Shown: positions 26,987 through 29,829 of the stretch, piece after piece
Numbering within the stretch: the first letter of the stretch is position 1
Layout of the letters: each line of letters begins with the position of its first letter
Source of the DNA: a virus
Lineage: Duplodnaviria; Caudoviricetes
Reading direction: 5' to 3' (one strand)
Virus record (IMG/VR): IMGVR_UViG_3300025288_000077
Location: 1-29,829 of that record
DNA length: 29,829 nt
Made by a program: the position numbers and the translations under genes
Notes under the pieces: model-generated
Seen by the model: the letters and a program-made list of their open reading frames with translations, nothing else
Database searches by the model: none
Told to the model about the DNA's origin: nothing

Positions 26987-28960
26987 TCACCGCCTCTTAA
27001 TCCACGTACCTTTACGCATTCTATCACGTCTAATTCCATTATCATTCAAAGTCACATGAGTGTCAACCCGACTTGGATCAGGTAACCAAATCTTTTCCAG
27101 ATCAACCCAGTCAGCCTCAATCATTCTATCCATCTGTAGCATGGTGGATGCCGCCCTCGCATAAACCCGACAATCTAAATAATGGTTATCCTTCCTTGTT
27201 TTTTCCCAAACGTACTTAAAAAAACCCTTCTTATCTGTCTGTTTTACATATTGTTCAGCCGTCAATTGTTTAAAAAATTCTTCATCGTATTGAGGAAAAT
27301 GACAATACCCAGTCGGATATCGGTTATTTTCTTTCAACTCGTCGTCGGTGGGTCTTTTGGTCGTCAACCATCTGTATAATTGTTCTTTAATAACACTCGA
27401 ACCAACATGCCAAAGCATTATCCCCCGACTAAAACGTTTCCCGTCAATCGTAACGTCTACGGGTCTCGGTGTACCAATGATTGAACTTAACCGATCATCA
27501 CCTTTAATAGGCGCCACTCGATCTGATCCGTATTGTCGGCAAAAAGAATAGACCTCTTGAGTATTATACCCAGAGTCAATGCACGCCTTCATAATCGGCA
27601 CCATAACCCCTTTTGAGTTAGCATAGGTTCTATCCAAGAAGTTAGTCAGTGCAATTTTACCCTCTTCGGTTTCAATAGAACCTTGTATCATTCCCGCATC
27701 AATTGACCAACTTTCTTTCTTTCGTCCCCATCCGACAACCTCATAAACAAAATAATCTTTTTGTATGTCAAATCCAGCCGTTAAAATTAATGCTCCGTCA
27801 GGTATTTCTTTCATCGGGTATGATTCACGGTTCTCATAAAGTCTTCGCCAATCTGGTTGTTCTCCAACTTCTTTCCATGGTTCAGCCATCCGCGTGTTAT
27901 AGAACGCCTTCAACGCTTCTGGATTAGACTGTGCGTTACAAAACTCTTTAGCTAAATCTTTAACTGATAAAAACGGTGACACCAATGCGCTTGCCTTATA
28001 ACCATGATGATAAGTTATTTCCGGTCTCAATGACTCCCAATAACCCTCTCTAATTGATTTCAATCGGTCTGACTCAGACCAAATAGCACCACACTCGCTA
28101 CACACTATCACCGCTTTATTGTGGATAAATTCTTTGTTCTTATTTCTTGGTATTTTTACATCTAACCAACTTAATACTTTACAATGATTACAATGTGGGC
28201 ACCTTTGGTTAAACACACACATGTTGGATTTTAAATATTCGTTTTGTATTCTTGACTTACCATCTACGGTAGGTGAACAAGCTGTTATTTTTTTTGCTCT
28301 TTTACCATAAGTTGTCGCTCTACCCCAAGCAATAGCAATAGGGTCACCTTCACCACCTGAACCGCCTTCACCCGCTCCCGCATTAGCAGGATATTTATCA
28401 CACTCATCGAACAATAATATCCTAACCGCTCTCATTGCTAAATCAGCGGGGTTTCTGGCTGATACGATAGAGATCTGCCCCCCCACAAACTGCTTCTGAG
28501 TAATCGTATTACCTTCCCCCCTACGATTGTCAGAGAAAATATCCGCCACAACTGGTGTAGCATTAACACTTTTGACCAGTCTTTCCTTAGACCAAGCCTC
28601 TGCCATGTCTTTTTTAGGGGCACAATATAAAATTGGTGAAGGCTCTTGGTGCATGTAATATAACGCCGTGTTAAGCATCAATTCGGTTTTCATCAACTGA
28701 ATACAGCACATCACAGTCACTTCTTGCACCAATGGATCAGTAACGCTTAACATGGGTTGTCTAGCGACCTCCACCCTTTCAGTTTTCCAGCGACCAGATT
28801 CGGCGCTGTTATCGGGCAAAAATCGGTAACGATCTGCCCACTCAACCAAATTTAACTTTGGTGGTGGTGACAAACATTTTTTAAATGCTTCTTTCATTAA
28901 ATTGGCAATTGATTTCCTTGCCGAATCACTAGTCTCTAAAACATTAACCGTCATAATCAC
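26987..28960 (-). CDS. terL: Terminase large subunit, lambda GpA family
   Basis: EWAD.YR.L, E.G.W, Walker B LLFDECD, SPT, CPHC..CSEC, LTAGFDIQ, IDSGY, NH.LDC.VYA.A. Confidence 0.96.
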   Translation of the reverse strand: MIMTVNVLETSDSARKSIANLMKEAFKKCLSPPPKLNLVEWADRYRFLPDNSAESGRWKTERVEVARQPMLSVTDPLVQEVTVMCCIQLMKTELMLNTALYYMHQEPSPILYCAPKKDMAEAWSKERLVKSVNATPVVADIFSDNRRGEGNTITQKQFVGGQISIVSARNPADLAMRAVRILLFDECDKYPANAGAGEGGSGGEGDPIAIAWGRATTYGKRAKKITACSPTVDGKSRIQNEYLKSNMCVFNQRCPHCNHCKVLSWLDVKIPRNKNKEFIHNKAVIVCSECGAIWSESDRLKSIREGYWESLRPEITYHHGYKASALVSPFLSVKDLAKEFCNAQSNPEALKAFYNTRMAEPWKEVGEQPDWRRLYENRESYPMKEIPDGALILTAGFDIQKDYFVYEVVGWGRKKESWSIDAGMIQGSIETEEGKIALTNFLDRTYANSKGVMVPIMKACIDSGYNTQEVYSFCRQYGSDRVAPIKGDDRLSSIIGTPRPVDVTIDGKRFSRGIMLWHVGSSVIKEQLYRWLTTKRPTDDELKENNRYPTGYCHFPQYDEEFFKQLTAEQYVKQTDKKGFFKYVWEKTRKDNHYLDCRVYARAASTMLQMDRMIEADWVDLEKIWLPDPSRVDTHVTLNDNGIRRDRMRKGTWIKRR

Positions 28961-29510
28961 TTAAACCAATTAACATGTCTTTGATTTCCAAATCTAATAT
29001 TCTCGTTATTTCAGAGGACTCTTGATGAGATAATATACCAGATACCCGATTCGGCATCCCGACCAATTTGGCTCTCACCCCAACCAAAGCATCTTTGAAT
29101 ATGTTCATTAAATCCTCAATGTTAGCAACCCTCTCTCTTCTTTTTTCCAATTCTAATTCAGCTGTTAAAGCTAGGGCTGCCTCTTTCCTTCTTCTTGCCT
29201 CCTCTAGGCTCATTGTCTCCTCTGGAATTAAAGGTTCAAGTGACTCCCTAACTAAATTTTCACCCGTGGTTATCCTCCACGTTATACATTCTGAAGAATT
29301 AAACCTCATACCCTTTGCTGTTTCATGATAAGGCATTCCCGCCTTTTTCCAAGCCAAGATGGTAGTGGTTGATACACCAAAAAGGTCAGCCAAAACAGAA
29401 GTAGGAACAAACTCTCCCTTTTTTTTTATTTTTTTTATTTTTAAATCTTCAATTACAACATCTTGACTTATGACAGTAGGGATGTTAGGGGTAGGAATGC
29501 TAGGGTTCAT
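28944..29510 (-). CDS. terS: Terminase small subunit (Nu1-like)
   Basis: wHTH LADLFGVS..TI..W...GMP, coiled coil EARRRKE.A.A..AELEL; directly upstream of the large subunit. Confidence 0.9.
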   Translation of the reverse strand: MNPSIPTPNIPTVISQDVVIEDLKIKKIKKKGEFVPTSVLADLFGVSTTTILAWKKAGMPYHETAKGMRFNSSECITWRITTGENLVRESLEPLIPEETMSLEEARRRKEAALALTAELELEKRRERVANIEDLMNIFKDALVGVRAKLVGMPNRVSGILSHQESSEITRILDLEIKDMLIGLSDYDG

Positions 29511-29709
29511 TACTCTCTCTTATCAATCTCTCTAATCGCATTAATTTACGTTTAGCCCGGTAGAAGTTAGAACTGGTTGTTTTCGTTAAATTAATATTGT
29601 CATATGTGTAATACTCAACCAAGGCATCTACAATATTATCACTAGTAAAACCCACGATTTCACATAACTTCCTAATTTTTTTAGGGTTTTCACAACCTGA
29701 CTTGAGCAT
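29500..29709 (-). CDS. Small DNA-binding protein, PapB/FocB-like (putative)
   Basis: 69 aa; L..G.E......L......TS..I..AL..Y ... SNF.RA...L pattern resembles PapB-family regulators as I recall them. Confidence 0.5.
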   Translation of the reverse strand: MLKSGCENPKKIRKLCEIVGFTSDNIVDALVEYYTYDNINLTKTTSSNFYRAKRKLMRLERLIRESNEP

Positions 29710-29743
29710 TTCAACTTATAATTTAATGTTAATGATGCTAATA

Positions 29744-29772
29744 AATATAACATCAAGAACCTGAATTGTAAA
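29744..29772 (-). promoter_or_regulatory. Sigma70-like promoter for the packaging/late operon
   Basis: TTTACA (29772-29767), 17-nt spacer, TG-n-TATATT (29749-29744). Confidence 0.55.
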
Positions 29773-29817
29773 TTCACAATAATGAATAATAGAAAAACTG
29801 AGTTTATGCACCCCGCG

Positions 29818-29829
29818 ACTCTGCGCACC
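29818..29829 (-). other. Probable cohesive end (cos) 5'-GGTGCGCAGAGT-3'
   Basis: The terminal 12 nt match the phage Chi cos GGTGCGCAGAGC at 11/12; GC-rich island upstream of Nu1/gpA-type terminase genes. Confidence 0.75.

Noticed and set aside
29415-29445. A-runs in terS as a phase-variation site
   Set aside because: They encode a Lys-rich stretch (KIKKIKKK) in an AT-rich genome, and the frame is intact.
29628-29828. 66-aa ORF running from the window end
   Set aside because: It starts inside the probable cos, has no room for an RBS, and overlaps the promoter and the 69-aa gene.
1-29829. tRNA, integrase, reverse transcriptase/DGR, intron or IS elements
   Set aside because: No cloverleaf, recombinase, RT or transposase motifs were seen, and the duplicated segments lack adenine-specific variation.

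Overview
About 30 kb of an AT-rich, tailed dsDNA phage genome (siphovirus-like; the host is probably a Gram-negative bacterium, judged from the spanins, the SLT endolysin and the sigma70-like promoters). The + strand (322-4222) carries a replication module: SF2 helicase, DUF3310-like protein and family-B-type DNA polymerase. It is transcribed divergently from a partial leftward gene (<1-188). The - strand (29709 down to 4324) is one tightly packed late region. In order: PapB-like regulator, small and large terminase (lambda Nu1/gpA type), gpW-like protein, lambda-type portal, an inserted block (collagen-like adaptor, fibre, small protein, 19-aa Pro-rich peptide, two membrane proteins), fused prohead protease-major capsid protein, DUF2190, head-tail and tail completion genes, a GroES homolog, major tail protein, tape measure, tail-tip proteins, and a holin/SLT/membrane protein/spanin lysis cassette. 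The window ends on GGTGCGCAGAGT (- strand), an 11/12 match to the phage Chi cohesive end, so it probably ends at the physical genome end. The most unusual observations are: a candidate ~72-nt sRNA with its own promoter, terminator and two anti-Shine-Dalgarno-like elements; a peptide plus membrane-protein cassette next to the capsid gene; GroES inside a tail module that lacks the usual tail-assembly-chaperone genes; and several recent in-frame tandem duplications. All calls come from reading motifs by eye; no database searches were run.
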